DNA of 63,092 bases, filler included, from Globobulimina sp. (lineage: Eukaryota), in NCBI GenBank assembly GCA_003354225.1. It is 43 parts of 43 records of this genome, joined end to end, with 100 filler letters (N's around TTAATTAATTAA, not from the genome) between each part and the next. Parts side by side here need not be neighbours in the genome. Positions count along the whole stretch, not along the records: positions 36,754 to 38,122 come from PIVH01017809.1; positions 38,223 to 39,591 come from PIVH01017810.1; positions 39,692 to 41,060 come from PIVH01017811.1; positions 41,161 to 42,529 come from PIVH01017812.1; positions 42,630 to 43,998 come from PIVH01017813.1; positions 44,099 to 45,467 come from PIVH01017814.1; positions 45,568 to 46,936 come from PIVH01017815.1; positions 47,037 to 48,405 come from PIVH01017816.1; 35 more parts are not named here. One strand, given 5' to 3'. The notes beneath the pieces were generated by a model. It saw only the letters and a program-made list of their open reading frames with translations, was not told the origin of the DNA and searched no databases. Below are positions 36,754 through 48,505 of this stretch, piece after piece (the stretch's first letter is position 1; every line of letters starts with the position of its first letter). A program made the position numbers and the translations under genes.

Positions 36754-38122
36754 AGTAACTCGAGGAGTACCACCAGTTGCTTGCATAGTCGTTGCCGATA
36801 ATGTTCGCATCAAATCATCTGGGGGCCATGACATAGTCGAATCCAATTGTGCTGCTTGAAAATCAGGCCATACAGTACCGGAAAGCTGTTCAGGAACACA
36901 TTTCAAGACATCAGTCATATGTTGAAAATGCCACTGTAACGTCTTCAAGACACCAACCAATTGCAAGAAGTGATCAAGAGGGAATACAGTACACACCAAT
37001 TTTTGTTTTAATCTAAATAACATAATTTTAAATTCGTAAGCCATCCGTGCAGCATGGGATGAGTGCATTATTGCTGCTGTCCACTTCTGTGTATGAATAT
37101 AATGTTCGGTGGATCGTCGCTGGTCCATAATCTCATGACGCAAATCATCGATAGTGAAATTATCGTATTCTTTCCACATATTTGTCACAAAAATGATCCC
37201 TTCCGCTTGAGATAACTGAGTTTGCACAGGTGGACCAAGTGCTCTGATACTAACTTCTGTCAAAAGCATCCAATCAGCTCTAAGTGGACAAGCTTCTTCA
37301 ATTCGTCTTCTAGCTTGTATCAATACTGCAGGATCGATAGGAGGTTCAATCAAAGCTCGATCATCATTAACCATCTCAACAGTATCGGATCCAGAAATAG
37401 GTTGTTCCATAGTCATATCTGTCATAATTCGATTCAATGTCGAAACAGTAGGAGGAATAGGTTCGTCTTCAGGACCAAATGGTTGTTCTCTGGTTTCCAT
37501 AAAGTTGTCTCTGTCATCATCTGGTTGGTCAGGTTCGTCTCCTAAAGGCTGAATGACAATTTCTTCCTTATACTGTCCTCTCCAATGATCAAAAGCTACC
37601 TGATCAGCAACAACAATGGGATGTAAAATTGGATGATTACTCCTGAACTGTAGAGCATAATTGGGATCAAACAAATCCTCCATTTTGGTGTAACGATTTT
37701 CATGTAATGCCCAAAAATCCTCTGGTTCATTTACCGGTTCAGTAGCAATAGCCACGTCAGTAAAGGTCATGTCTTTGCCACAATCTTCAAAAGGCAATAT
37801 AGTTCGGGTGGAGTTCTGTTGTTCCATTCTAGTTTGACATTCCGCAATAGTTCTCAAAGTACCATCGGGATGATACCAATATTGACCAGGGATTGAACAG
37901 TATCGTTCCATCGTCTCAACACCATTTGGAAACCATGCTTTGTTTGCTACTAGACTTCTTGACATTGTATACCAAGCAGGGGCACAATCCATGGTAAGAT
38001 GATCAGCAAACATGAAAAGACAACTTTTGCTTCGCGACACTCCCACATTAGTACGTCTTGGATCATATAAGAAGCCAACCAAAGCTCTTTGAGACATCAA
38101 TGACGACTGTCGGAAATTAATA
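36754..38122 (-). CDS. UPF1-like SF1 helicase end (motif VI) fused to a long unknown region
   Basis: VGFLYDPRRTNVGVSRSKSCLFMFAD; frame open across the whole contig. Confidence 0.65.
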
Positions 38123-38534
38123 NNNNNNNNNNNNNNNNNNNNNNNNNNNNNNNNNNNNNNNNNNNNTTAATTAATTAANNNNNNNNNNNNNNNNNNNNNN
38201 NNNNNNNNNNNNNNNNNNNNNNAAAATACACTTTAAAAGAATAAGTGATAGCAAACACGTGACAACTGCGATAAACCTCGTACACCAACCATGACTTTTA
38301 TTGTATACTGAGCCTAAAGAAGAAGCTGCAAAATATGGATCTCTACTGGAAGTAAACAACATATTTGCAAATATTACATATTATTAAGTGTACACTGTAT
38401 AGCGTATCATGGCAGCACCAAAAAATGATAATAATTGGATGAAGCAAGGTTTTGAAATGGAATGGATAACATTGAAAACCCAGAATGTAAATTTAATGAA
38501 CGTACGTATTATATTGAGTTAGAAAATGGAATGT

Positions 38535-39314
38535 TTATCCATTAATATTGACATTTTCGTCTTCATTGCCATGCATAAAATGCAATAACAAACCTTGTTC
38601 ATTCGAATAAGCAGTGGCCACTGACAACGACCGCGTCATTGAGGTCGGCGCATACAACGAGGCATAGATTTCATTGAAATGCATGCAGCAATTTGTGCCA
38701 TGGTAGAAGTCGTCCACACTGCCATAGAATCGCCGATTCACAAATACTTCGACGGTCTCACATAATAATTTCGCATGATTGGCGTAATAACTATGCCTTT
38801 GTCGCAACGCTTTGTCAGACTCATGATTCGAGCGCTTTGTATACGATTTATTTAATGTGATCTGCAAATTATAGTCGGTGCAAAACAATAATACACTCAA
38901 AATGTGCGAAATTGACAAGTTGTCTCCTTCTCGGATGCCGTAAAAATATGTTCCAAAAAACCTCTCAACGGACGGCACATACGATTTGCACAAAAAAGTG
39001 GAGAACATATATGAGGATTCATTGTAATACATGTTCCATTCGGATATACTCAATAATTTATTTGACATCATTTCAGTTTTTAAATCTTTAAATTTCGCTG
39101 AAATGTACCAATTCCATCCGGCTTTTTTGTGGTAATCCCAATAATAAAATTTCTGACCAAATTGGTAATTGTCATTAAATAATTTCGCATGATTTGCGTA
39201 ATAACTATGCCTTTGTCGCAACGCTTTGTATACATGCTGTGATCGACATTTGCTAAAGCTTAAGGTTTTTGGGATTATGTTAGATGTTTTCAGACCGGAT
39301 GACAATACAAACAC
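38535..39314 (-). pseudogene. Rearranged member of a protist family with ADP-ribosyltransferase-like motifs
   Basis: FYHG...APTSMT..LSVA resembles the ART R/H-G and S-T-S motifs; no ExE before the stop; 52-bp internal duplication. Confidence 0.4.
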
Positions 39315-39691
39315 TTTGGTTCATGTTCACAGTCTGGGATGCTACTCAGGTGATTTTTAATCACCTTTTTGTGACATTTGATTCTAGACAAGTTTTTGCT
39401 TTGTAGTTCGTCCGTTATATGATCTTTATTTTTACACAAAGATCTCCCACAAATGTGATCATGACTCATTTGTATTCTGAAACTGCTACTAATACCACTG
39501 CTACTAATACCACGTGTGTTACGGTATCCAACCGTCTTTTACAATGAAGACAGATTGATGAACTCTAAGCAGTTTTGGTTTTTTGTTTTTGNNNNNNNNN
39601 NNNNNNNNNNNNNNNNNNNNNNNNNNNNNNNNNNNTTAATTAATTAANNNNNNNNNNNNNNNNNNNNNNNNNNNNNNNNNNNNNNNNNNNN

Positions 39692-41060
39692 CTCGGATTC
39701 GTCGGTTTCTTCGTCATGTTCGTCCATTAACATTATGCGCCGTGTCTGCGCGGAGTTGGACGACGAAGTGTTGCCATTCGTGCCCAGGGAGTCCAGCATG
39801 GCGATTCTCTCTTTTGTGGGCGTGATTTGCTGCAATCCGACACTGGCTTTGTCCTCGAAACTGAGGCTCTGCGATCGGGTACGTGTATGCTTCGGGCACT
39901 GGTGGGCAACGGCATAGAGGGACAGTTGTGGCGGTGGGTAGTGCGGCGGTGAGCTGCTCAACGCGGTCAACAGGGTATTATGGTTGGCATTGGAGGCATG
40001 GATAATGTTTAGATGCTCGGCAATGGATCGTTGCGTGGAGGTCGATGGCGGTGGTTCGGAGGAACTGGGTCTGAGGATATTGAGTGGCGACGCGATGTTG
40101 TTGGTGGTGATGGTGCGTAGTATGGAGGGTTTGGGTCTGTGTTGCGCGGACAATGAGTTTTTAGAGAGTGATTTGTGACGATCGGGAGTGTTGATGTTGA
40201 TGTTAATGCTTTTAGTTGATGGAGGTGTGCATGTTTGTTGTTGCGGATTTGTAATATGCTTGGGATTAACACTGCAGATTTTAACATTTATGTTGGATGA
40301 ATTGGTGGTGGTTGCAATAGAATGGTTGTCATTGGTTTTTATGTTATTGCTCACATTTATGCTGTCCGTGATGGTGAGGTAGGTGTCATTGGAGCAGTCG
40401 TTCGGTTTTAGGGTCTTTGTCGGTGCCGGTGCCAAACATTTTTTTTGCTGTTCTTATTTTTCAGTGTAAAAAGTTTTTGGGCTTAAAGCATGGCAACATG
40501 TTTGAAAGCAACGTACATAACATACCGTTTGCGTTTGTAATACTTGCGACGTTGACAGATGGCACATTTTCCGCGGCCGCGTTGGCTGAATTATTTATAA
40601 GTATCTCCTTCGATAATCCGACCATTGGCAGTGGAGCTGATTGTTTTTTGTTTGTTGCTTTCTCGGCGCCATCGCTTGAACTCACATCATCCGTATTGTT
40701 ATTTTCCTTATTCTTATGCGTATGGTTCATAATTTTATGTTGATGATACATTTTATTTTCTTGTTGCATTAGTTTCAACTCATTGTTTCTATGCATTCTT
40801 TTGATGGTAAATGACTGTGCTTTGTTATAATTTCTATGCCATATCAATCCCTCCTCACTCCTCGATAATATCCACCCTCTTTTCCTAACTTTGTCAATCC
40901 AAATACCGTCAATTCGCAATAGCGAACAATGCGATATTTTGAGGATTATAAAGGAAGCGTATAATGCAAATATGCAATATATAAAAGTCCATACTGCGAC
41001 GAAATAAAATTGTTTATTATTGTAATAAGAATCGAATATGACCATTAATAAAATAATAAC
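39692..41060 (-). CDS. Membrane protein with long low-complexity S/T/P/N tail; frame break in A/T runs near 40440-40480
   Basis: A TM segment, then two offset ORFs (40461..41045 and 39692..40435). Confidence 0.45.
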
Positions 41061-41160
41061 NNNNNNNNNNNNNNNNNNNNNNNNNNNNNNNNNNNNNNNN
41101 NNNNTTAATTAATTAANNNNNNNNNNNNNNNNNNNNNNNNNNNNNNNNNNNNNNNNNNNN

Positions 41161-41326
41161 GATTTCTATCATTGATTTGAGTCATATTCCATTGACACCC
41201 ACTCCAATATGGCCCATTCCATTCTTTATACAGTATATTCATCGCATTAATTTCAATCTCATCCAAATACGAGACAACAGACGAAATGTTCAATACAGAA
41301 AGCCAGACAAACGTGGAAGGGAACAT
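41161..41326 (-). CDS. Secreted or surface protein N-terminus (LRR N-cap-like)
   Basis: Signal peptide then EINAMNILYKEWNGPYWSGCQWN. Confidence 0.5.
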
Positions 41327-41620
41327 GGTTTACTATAACGACACAATGCGATGTTTCGAAAATCTTAAAGGGAGGCCTAGGAAAAATATTTTTAATTATT
41401 AATAACTATTAACTGCACTGCCCGTTGACGAGGATTAGCAAATTCAAAATAGTCACGTGTCAAATATAAAATTAAATATCCCTGACAATGTAGGTAAACA
41501 CTCAAATGAAATCACATTAGCTTTTTGGTTGCTTTTTGATTTTGTTGGAATACATCGTCAACATGAATTTGAAAAATACTGTTTGTTGAAACCTCCGCGA
41601 TAAAAACCATATTTGTGGCT

Positions 41621-42496
41621 CTATGTAGTTGTTATATCATATCTTATCTTGCCATACACGGAAATATCATACTTATTGTATGCCACACCCGTGACTTCAG
41701 GAGCAGCCGTAGGTATTTCTGCCACTAATTTGCCAAACGGATCGATCACCGTCAAATAGCCGCAAGTATTTAATCCTTTGTGTTCAAATCTTGTGACAAA
41801 TAAATTTCCCTCGGAATCAACATCAATGCCACTCGGTCCAACTGCTCCTGAAAATTGATAAAATACAGAATATAAAAATAATCCGTTATTTGTCTGTACA
41901 AATCTTAATATTCGATTTTTTAACATCTCTAAAACATATAAACATTTCTCATTTGGTGAAAATGCTAAATCTGTTGGTTGAGCTAAACATTTATAGGCCA
42001 ACGGTCTTAAGAGTCCCTCTGTATTTATACAAAAAACACTTCCTTTCGGACTCGCCAACGACGTATCACCTAAAGGTCCGCCATCAGTAAAATATTTACT
42101 TCCCTTTGAATCTAAGATACAATGACTTGGTCCTCGAAAGGATTCACTTTCATAGTCATTGCATAATATCGATGTGGATCGGCCGATGTTATCAGTATCA
42201 CTCGATGTTGTTACTGTAAATTGAGACAGTCGGAAATAAAAAATAAATTATGTAGATACTAAACATATTGCTAAAGATGATGGATCGCATATTATCATTT
42301 CATTTCTATCCTCAAATGCTACGCAGTTTGGCTGGCCGTCAATTTGTAACAATACTTTTGCGTTTGGTAGCCCTTTCTCATTATCTACAAATTCAATAAT
42401 ATGGCCGGACCCTGTACATACCACCAAATTTCCATTTGGGCCAAAACATGGCGCGGATACTGCACTACTCATTGTTGCCCAACGATTCATTGCCAT
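41621..42496 (-). CDS. SMP-30/gluconolactonase-family beta-propeller; intron 42214-42264
   Basis: Spliced DYESESFRGPSHC..YFTDGG, PTDLAFSP, GPSGIDVDSEGNLFV, APEVTGVAY; the 3' end may be spliced further. Confidence 0.85.
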
Positions 42497-43138
42497 GATC
42501 TTTTAAACGCGGCCTTTACACATTTGTAANNNNNNNNNNNNNNNNNNNNNNNNNNNNNNNNNNNNNNNNNNNNTTAATTAATTAANNNNNNNNNNNNNNN
42601 NNNNNNNNNNNNNNNNNNNNNNNNNNNNNGTCGCTTAAAAATTGCGAAAGGATGGTGAGTGAGGTTTAGAAGGGAGTTAAAGTGGGTTGAAGGTGTTTTG
42701 GACAATATAATTATAAATCAAATGAGCAACATCCTCTGATCCTCTATAGCACCACAGTCACAATGAATTCTCGAGATTAATATCCAGAGAACACCAAATT
42801 CTACGCAAAATGAACAGTAACTTGCGATACTGTACCATCATTTTATCATTAAAAATAATTTGTTTCCATCAAATCCATTTTAATATCCTCCATACGACGT
42901 CTAATTACTATATATATATGGTGATGACGACGGATTGAGAAATCGCCTGTTGTTTTTGAGATTGCTTTCAAACTAAGATAGCATATGCTTATGTTTCATA
43001 GATGTTTCGTATAGAAACTGCGATCGTAGTTTAAAAATCCAATCTCTAGAAGTGACTGCATTGACTGAGCCGGAGCGTCATGGAAATTTAAAAACAAACA
43101 AAATTATCATATATATCATATCATTCATTTATCACTTG

Positions 43139-43924
43139 TCAGTCTTTATCTTTCCTATCTTTTTGTTGTTTGAAGTTAACATTCCATGCTTGTTTATCAT
43201 AATCATCATCTTCAAAATTAATTTCCTGTCTGGATAAAATTCGCGTAGTTCCAACTTTAAATTGATATCGATAGTCTTTTTTATGTGGTATTTGAGTTTT
43301 AAATATATTTCTATGAAAGGTAGTTTTTTCTCTTGTAATCACACATAAATCGACATTTGATCCAGAACCTAAATCATTACTGATACCGGACAATATGGCA
43401 TCTTGTACCAATCGCATAGCTTCTTCTTCATTAATTTTCTCTTTTCTTGTATAATTTTTCTCGAATACAGCCATAGCCGCTAAGGAGCCACTGCCCATAG
43501 TCACATACGGCAACGTAGAGGTTGAGCCATGTGGCCATATTGTATGTAAATGCGGCCCATTCATATCAACCCCGCCCAACACCAATGCGGCCGACACATA
43601 GCCCATATAACGAAATAAATATCTTTTTAAGCGAGTTAAGGCCATCACAACTCGCGAGTCCGTCGATGTGTTTAATCTCATTAAGGTTAATTGCGAGGAT
43701 ATCATCTCGGTTACATTCTCGGTGTCGGCGGCTGTTCCTGCTCCACAACAATAGATATTTGGCGCAATATAATGAATTTTTTCACAATTCTTTTGTGCGA
43801 CTATTGGCCCAGCGGTTGCTCGCGTATCTGCTCCTAATACGACACCTTTATCGAACACTAAGCCGGCGATGGTTGTTCCTGTCTTTGTAAATGATGGCAA
43901 TTTCATTCCTTGCGAGGCTAACAA
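43139..43924 (-). CDS. PSMB7: 20S proteasome subunit beta-2 (5' exon missing)
   Basis: KTG|TTIAG catalytic Thr, [35 protein letters not shown]. Confidence 0.96.
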   Translation of the reverse strand: MLASQGMKLPSFTKTGTTIAGLVFDKGVVLGADTRATAGPIVAQKNCEKIHYIAPNIYCCGAGTAADTENVTEMISSQLTLMRLNTSTDSRVVMALTRLKRYLFRYMGYVSAALVLGGVDMNGPHLHTIWPHGSTSTLPYVTMGSGSLAAMAVFEKNYTRKEKINEEEAMRLVQDAILSGISNDLGSGSNVDLCVITREKTTFHRNIFKTQIPHKKDYRYQFKVGTTRILSRQEINFEDDDYDKQAWNVNFKQQKDRKDKD

Positions 43925-44545
43925 TGCATTTCTTATTTTGTTTTATTTTTTACAATCATCAGTGCAAGGATCAGATTCATGATATCGGTAAAATAAATNN
44001 NNNNNNNNNNNNNNNNNNNNNNNNNNNNNNNNNNNNNNNNNNTTAATTAATTAANNNNNNNNNNNNNNNNNNNNNNNNNNNNNNNNNNNNNNNNNNNNCT
44101 TATATTCAATCAGTATTAATCCTATCATGCCAATGCCAATCAATATTTTATTCCATCTACTTACTATTTCATATCAGTTTTTTTTTTGACTTTTTCAAGA
44201 TCTGTTGTATACTCTATAAAAAATATAGACACACAACCAAGAAACACTATATTTTCGCATAGCAAAATTCGTTTTCGGTCATATTTCAAATCTTCTATTT
44301 TTCAATTGTGACAGCAGTCACATTCTTCTTGTTTCTATTTATTACAATTTGTAATCCATATCCAATTGTTGATTACATATTTGATTTGTGAGGAATGCCC
44401 AATTGTTGTGGTGATAACTTAACCTCTTTCTTGATGGAATGTGTGTTTAACAAAAAGACGTTTATCATACACGTTAAATACAACAAATTAAAATGTAAAC
44501 AAACAGTAAACAAACAGGAATAAACATGTTTTCTTTTTTTTTTCT

Positions 44546-44595
44546 GTGAAAACCTTTCAAGTAAGTTAAATTTAACTTACTTGAAAGGTTTTCAC
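44546..44595. repeat. Perfect spacerless 50-bp palindrome
   Basis: GTGAAAACCTTTCAAGTAAGTTAAA|TTTAACTTACTTGAAAGGTTTTCAC. Confidence 0.95.
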
Positions 44596-44651
44596 TTTTC
44601 ACAGAAACATGTTTTCAACAAAATAACATTAGTCTGTACATATATACATTA

Positions 44652-45467
44652 TTACCAACAAATTGCAATGGCAAAAGGAGCAATAATCCCAACAATATAT
44701 GTCAAAGATACCAATACAAATTGTATTATATCTACAAATCTATCACACGCAAATAAGCCTCGATAACCACATGTTTGCACACTTATATCGTCTCGAACTT
44801 CAAATGCAATATTTTTTGATTTCTGAAGCATATATTCCGTACAAAACGCAGTCATAAAATCTTCAACATCCTCATAATCATTTGTTGAAACTAATAAATC
44901 ATCCAATTCAACCATAAAAAACAAAGTAATTGAATTTAAAACCATGTCTAATGCATCAAAGCCACCCTCACTCGCATAAATTAAAAAGAATGAGCCATGA
45001 CAGCACAAAACAAGATATAAACATTGATCAATAAACCAAACTGAATCAACGCAATATCAACAAAGTATATTTTACCAAAATCAGCTTCTGCAACACTTGA
45101 CAATATCTCATTGAATCCACTGTGTCTCTGCTCTTGTATGGTTTTATTGAGCTGTATAGATATCATCGCAGCAAATAACATTGCCAACACCTTGAAAAAT
45201 CCATCTTCTTTCCATGCCTCCCAAGAATATTCACAGCCAGACCTATCATTGGAAATTTCATACACATCTTTATCAAAATAAGCGTAGGTCGTTTCATACA
45301 AAATGACAGAAATACCGACAACTTGGAGCAGTCCAATGATGATTGCGGTTAATAATGCATCTGAATATAGACTGTGACTCCGCACTTCGCAGTTACAACC
45401 AAGCAATTTGAATGGTTTTGTTTTTGTAGCTGCTCGCGATTTTTGATCTAATTTTCGAAATGCTAAA
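44652..45467 (-). pseudogene. Multi-pass membrane protein with a 1-nt frameshift near 44998
   Basis: ORFs 44981..45406 and 44652..45008 join as ...ILFCAVxGSFFLIY...LDMVLNSITLFFMVELDD if one base is added. Confidence 0.55.
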
Positions 45468-45567
45468 NNNNNNNNNNNNNNNNNNNNNNNNNNNNNNNNN
45501 NNNNNNNNNNNTTAATTAATTAANNNNNNNNNNNNNNNNNNNNNNNNNNNNNNNNNNNNNNNNNNNN

Positions 45568-46656
45568 AATCACACCACAAGGGACGCCATTGCCTGATAA
45601 TGTGCTTACTAAGTTCACTCAAAATGTGGAAAACCTCAAAAATGATGAAAACACTCAAGTAGTGGAGCATGACAACAGTAAAAGTGATGAAACTCCACAG
45701 ACTACGGATACACTCTCTGCCTTGGCACCATCCTCAGTTTCTCACAGTTTGGAGCCGCTAACTCCGTTATCATTGTCACCGCCCATAAGTCGCAGACACT
45801 CGCATGAATTGGTGCTGTCTGCGCTATCTGCATTGCCTGACGAGGACACATCTGATGAACGAGAAGAGGAGAACAAGGAACATGAAAATGAAGCGGAGGC
45901 TGAGAATAGTAACAATTTAACGGTAAAAAAGATATTGTCCATCGATTCCGTGGCCTCACAGTCCATTACCAGTGCAAGCGTCAGCACTCCCAATTGCAAG
46001 GTGGAAGACTCTGTGTTCTCCAATACGATTACTGTCGGATCCGAATCTGTGACCAATACATCCTCCAATTCCAAGGTTTGCAGTATACACAGATGTTTAT
46101 TTTCTGTCCTTACACATTATTTATAATTATACAGAACAGCATGCGCAGTCATTACAAGTCCTCAAGCAACGTTAACAATGAGTGGAGTGTGGATGTGCCC
46201 GATTCGCCAAATACGCCAAACATTAAAATATCATCGCATGTGCAATATAATTCGACTTCGTTTGATGGCGATCATGATACGCCCATTCCCAATGATATAG
46301 ATAACCAATATCCGAGTATAGATTTGCAAAATAAAAAACGTCGCAAAAATAGCCGCCGGTCGTTGCGATCGCTACAAAAACGGACATCTGCGTCGTTGTT
46401 GCATTTAGCAAATAGAGTGCCGCGGAATATTTTGAATCAACGGATTGATGAAATGATGTTTTTGATGGATAGAAAGGAGAAAAATAGCAAAGCTGCAAAG
46501 CAGATATTGAGGAAATATGTGGATGATTTGTATGACATTGAGTCTATTATTGATGCGCTGGATAACTGTTTGAAAGATGTCGTTGCGAATTTGAGGGATA
46601 GTTTTGGGCGCTTTGTGTTTACGGATGCGTATAAACGATGGTCTGGTGATGAATAA
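45568..46656 (+). CDS. Protein ending in an RGS-like C-terminal helix; intron 46076-46134
   Basis: IIDALDNCLKDVVANLRDSFGRFVFTDAYKRW; phase-0 GT-AG intron. Confidence 0.7.
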
Positions 46657-47104
46657 GTTTTTTTTTATTTCTATAGCTTAGTATTTATAATTTCAGCTTG
46701 ATTTTGTTTGTTTGTATTTCTTTCTTTTTCTTAAAGGCGTTTTTTTGTTGTACATAATACGCAAAATGTTTTTAAGCAATGTTTTTGTTTTCTATGTTGG
46801 TTGGGGTTTGTAGTGAATCTCTCTGTTTATTTGCACATTGTTTGTGTTGTCATTGTTGATATCATTTTATTTTCTCGTTATATTTTTTTTTGAACGTTTT
46901 GGCAAATATTTCTTTTTTTTATCTTTTTTTTTCCGCNNNNNNNNNNNNNNNNNNNNNNNNNNNNNNNNNNNNNNNNNNNNTTAATTAATTAANNNNNNNN
47001 NNNNNNNNNNNNNNNNNNNNNNNNNNNNNNNNNNNNAGTGACAGTTTTTTTTTTTTTGGGGAACAGTTTTTTGTTGCATGTGGTTTTATACATAGAAGCA
47101 AAGC

Positions 47105-47818
47105 ATGAGTGTATTGGGTAAACGTAGCAGAGAAGAAACAGAACAAATAATGGAATGTAAGGAGAAAGAACCACCAAATAAGAGATTAAAAACTAACCAT
47201 ATAAATGATAAAAAGGAAAATGATATGGATGTGGATGCTAATGATAAAAATCGCAATGTGAATAATTCTAAAAAATCAAATAAAATATGTTCGTTTAAAA
47301 TGGAAGCTGTGATCAATAATGAGTTTAAAACTATTACTGATCATTTATTAAATGGTATGGATGTTGTTTTTATCCATAATTATGCATTGTTTTTTTGATT
47401 TATTTACACATACACAGACAAATGGAGTGTTATATATTTTTATGGTTATGATTTTGAGAAAACGTCATGTCGCAATTTAAAATATTTAAATGGAAAATAT
47501 TGTGAATTTAAATCATTAAACACTCAAATTATTGGTATATCCACAGACAGTCATTATGCTCATCTTGCATTCATTGAATCTGATTTAGGATCAAATTTCA
47601 AGATTTGTTTGGCGTCAGATTTATCCACAAATGTTACAAAACAATTTGGTGTTTTAGAGAATGGTTATGCAAAGAGACAGAATTGTGCATTTATTATTTC
47701 GCCACATAAATCTATGGAATATTTTACTGAATTTCCATCAAATATTGAATCTAAAACAATGGCTGAACAGTTATTAACTACACTCAAATCATTACAATCA
47801 ATGCAAACGACTGAATGA
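47105..47818 (+). CDS. Divergent peroxiredoxin (AhpC/TSA)-like protein lacking the canonical active site; intron 47355-47417
   Basis: FKMEAVINNEFKTI, KWSVIYFYGYDF, IIGISTDSHYAHLAF, LASDLSTNVTKQFGVL, AFIISP. Confidence 0.85.
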
Positions 47819-48505
47819 CTTTTAATTATTATTGATTTTTAAATTATTACTTGACCTTTCATTTGAAAAAGGATTTTCGACAGTACTGAGTGTGGCATGT
47901 GCGAGGAGTATATTTTTAACAAAAAAAAACACAAATTAAATAGTTAAAAAGTCACAATTTATTAACATTCGATTCGAGTTCACCTAGTTAGTACAATACA
48001 ACAATACAAGAAATTATTTTATTTTAGGATACGATACAAAATAAATAAATAGCAAATGATATCAGTTATGTCCGACATTTCAACAGCTTTGGTCGCAGAT
48101 TTGTTCGGTCTGCTTCTGTCCGCCCGTCGGATATTATACTCATCAGAAAATATACAAATATATAATTACAAAGATACGCACCTCAATATCCAATTAAATC
48201 TATCTATAATAGAAAATCTTCCATTGCTTTGTGCAAATTCATCATATTCCGTTCAATCAATGGTGATTTAAATAAATACCAAATCTATATATGTAACACT
48301 GTGAATTTTCCAGATTTTTCTGATTTGATGACAATGGATAAAAACAAGGGTCGATCAGAAAAAGGGTGTTCCGAATTATTTGTTTTTTCATTGTTTATAA
48401 ATAGANNNNNNNNNNNNNNNNNNNNNNNNNNNNNNNNNNNNNNNNNNNNTTAATTAATTAANNNNNNNNNNNNNNNNNNNNNNNNNNNNNNNNNNNNNNN
48501 NNNNN

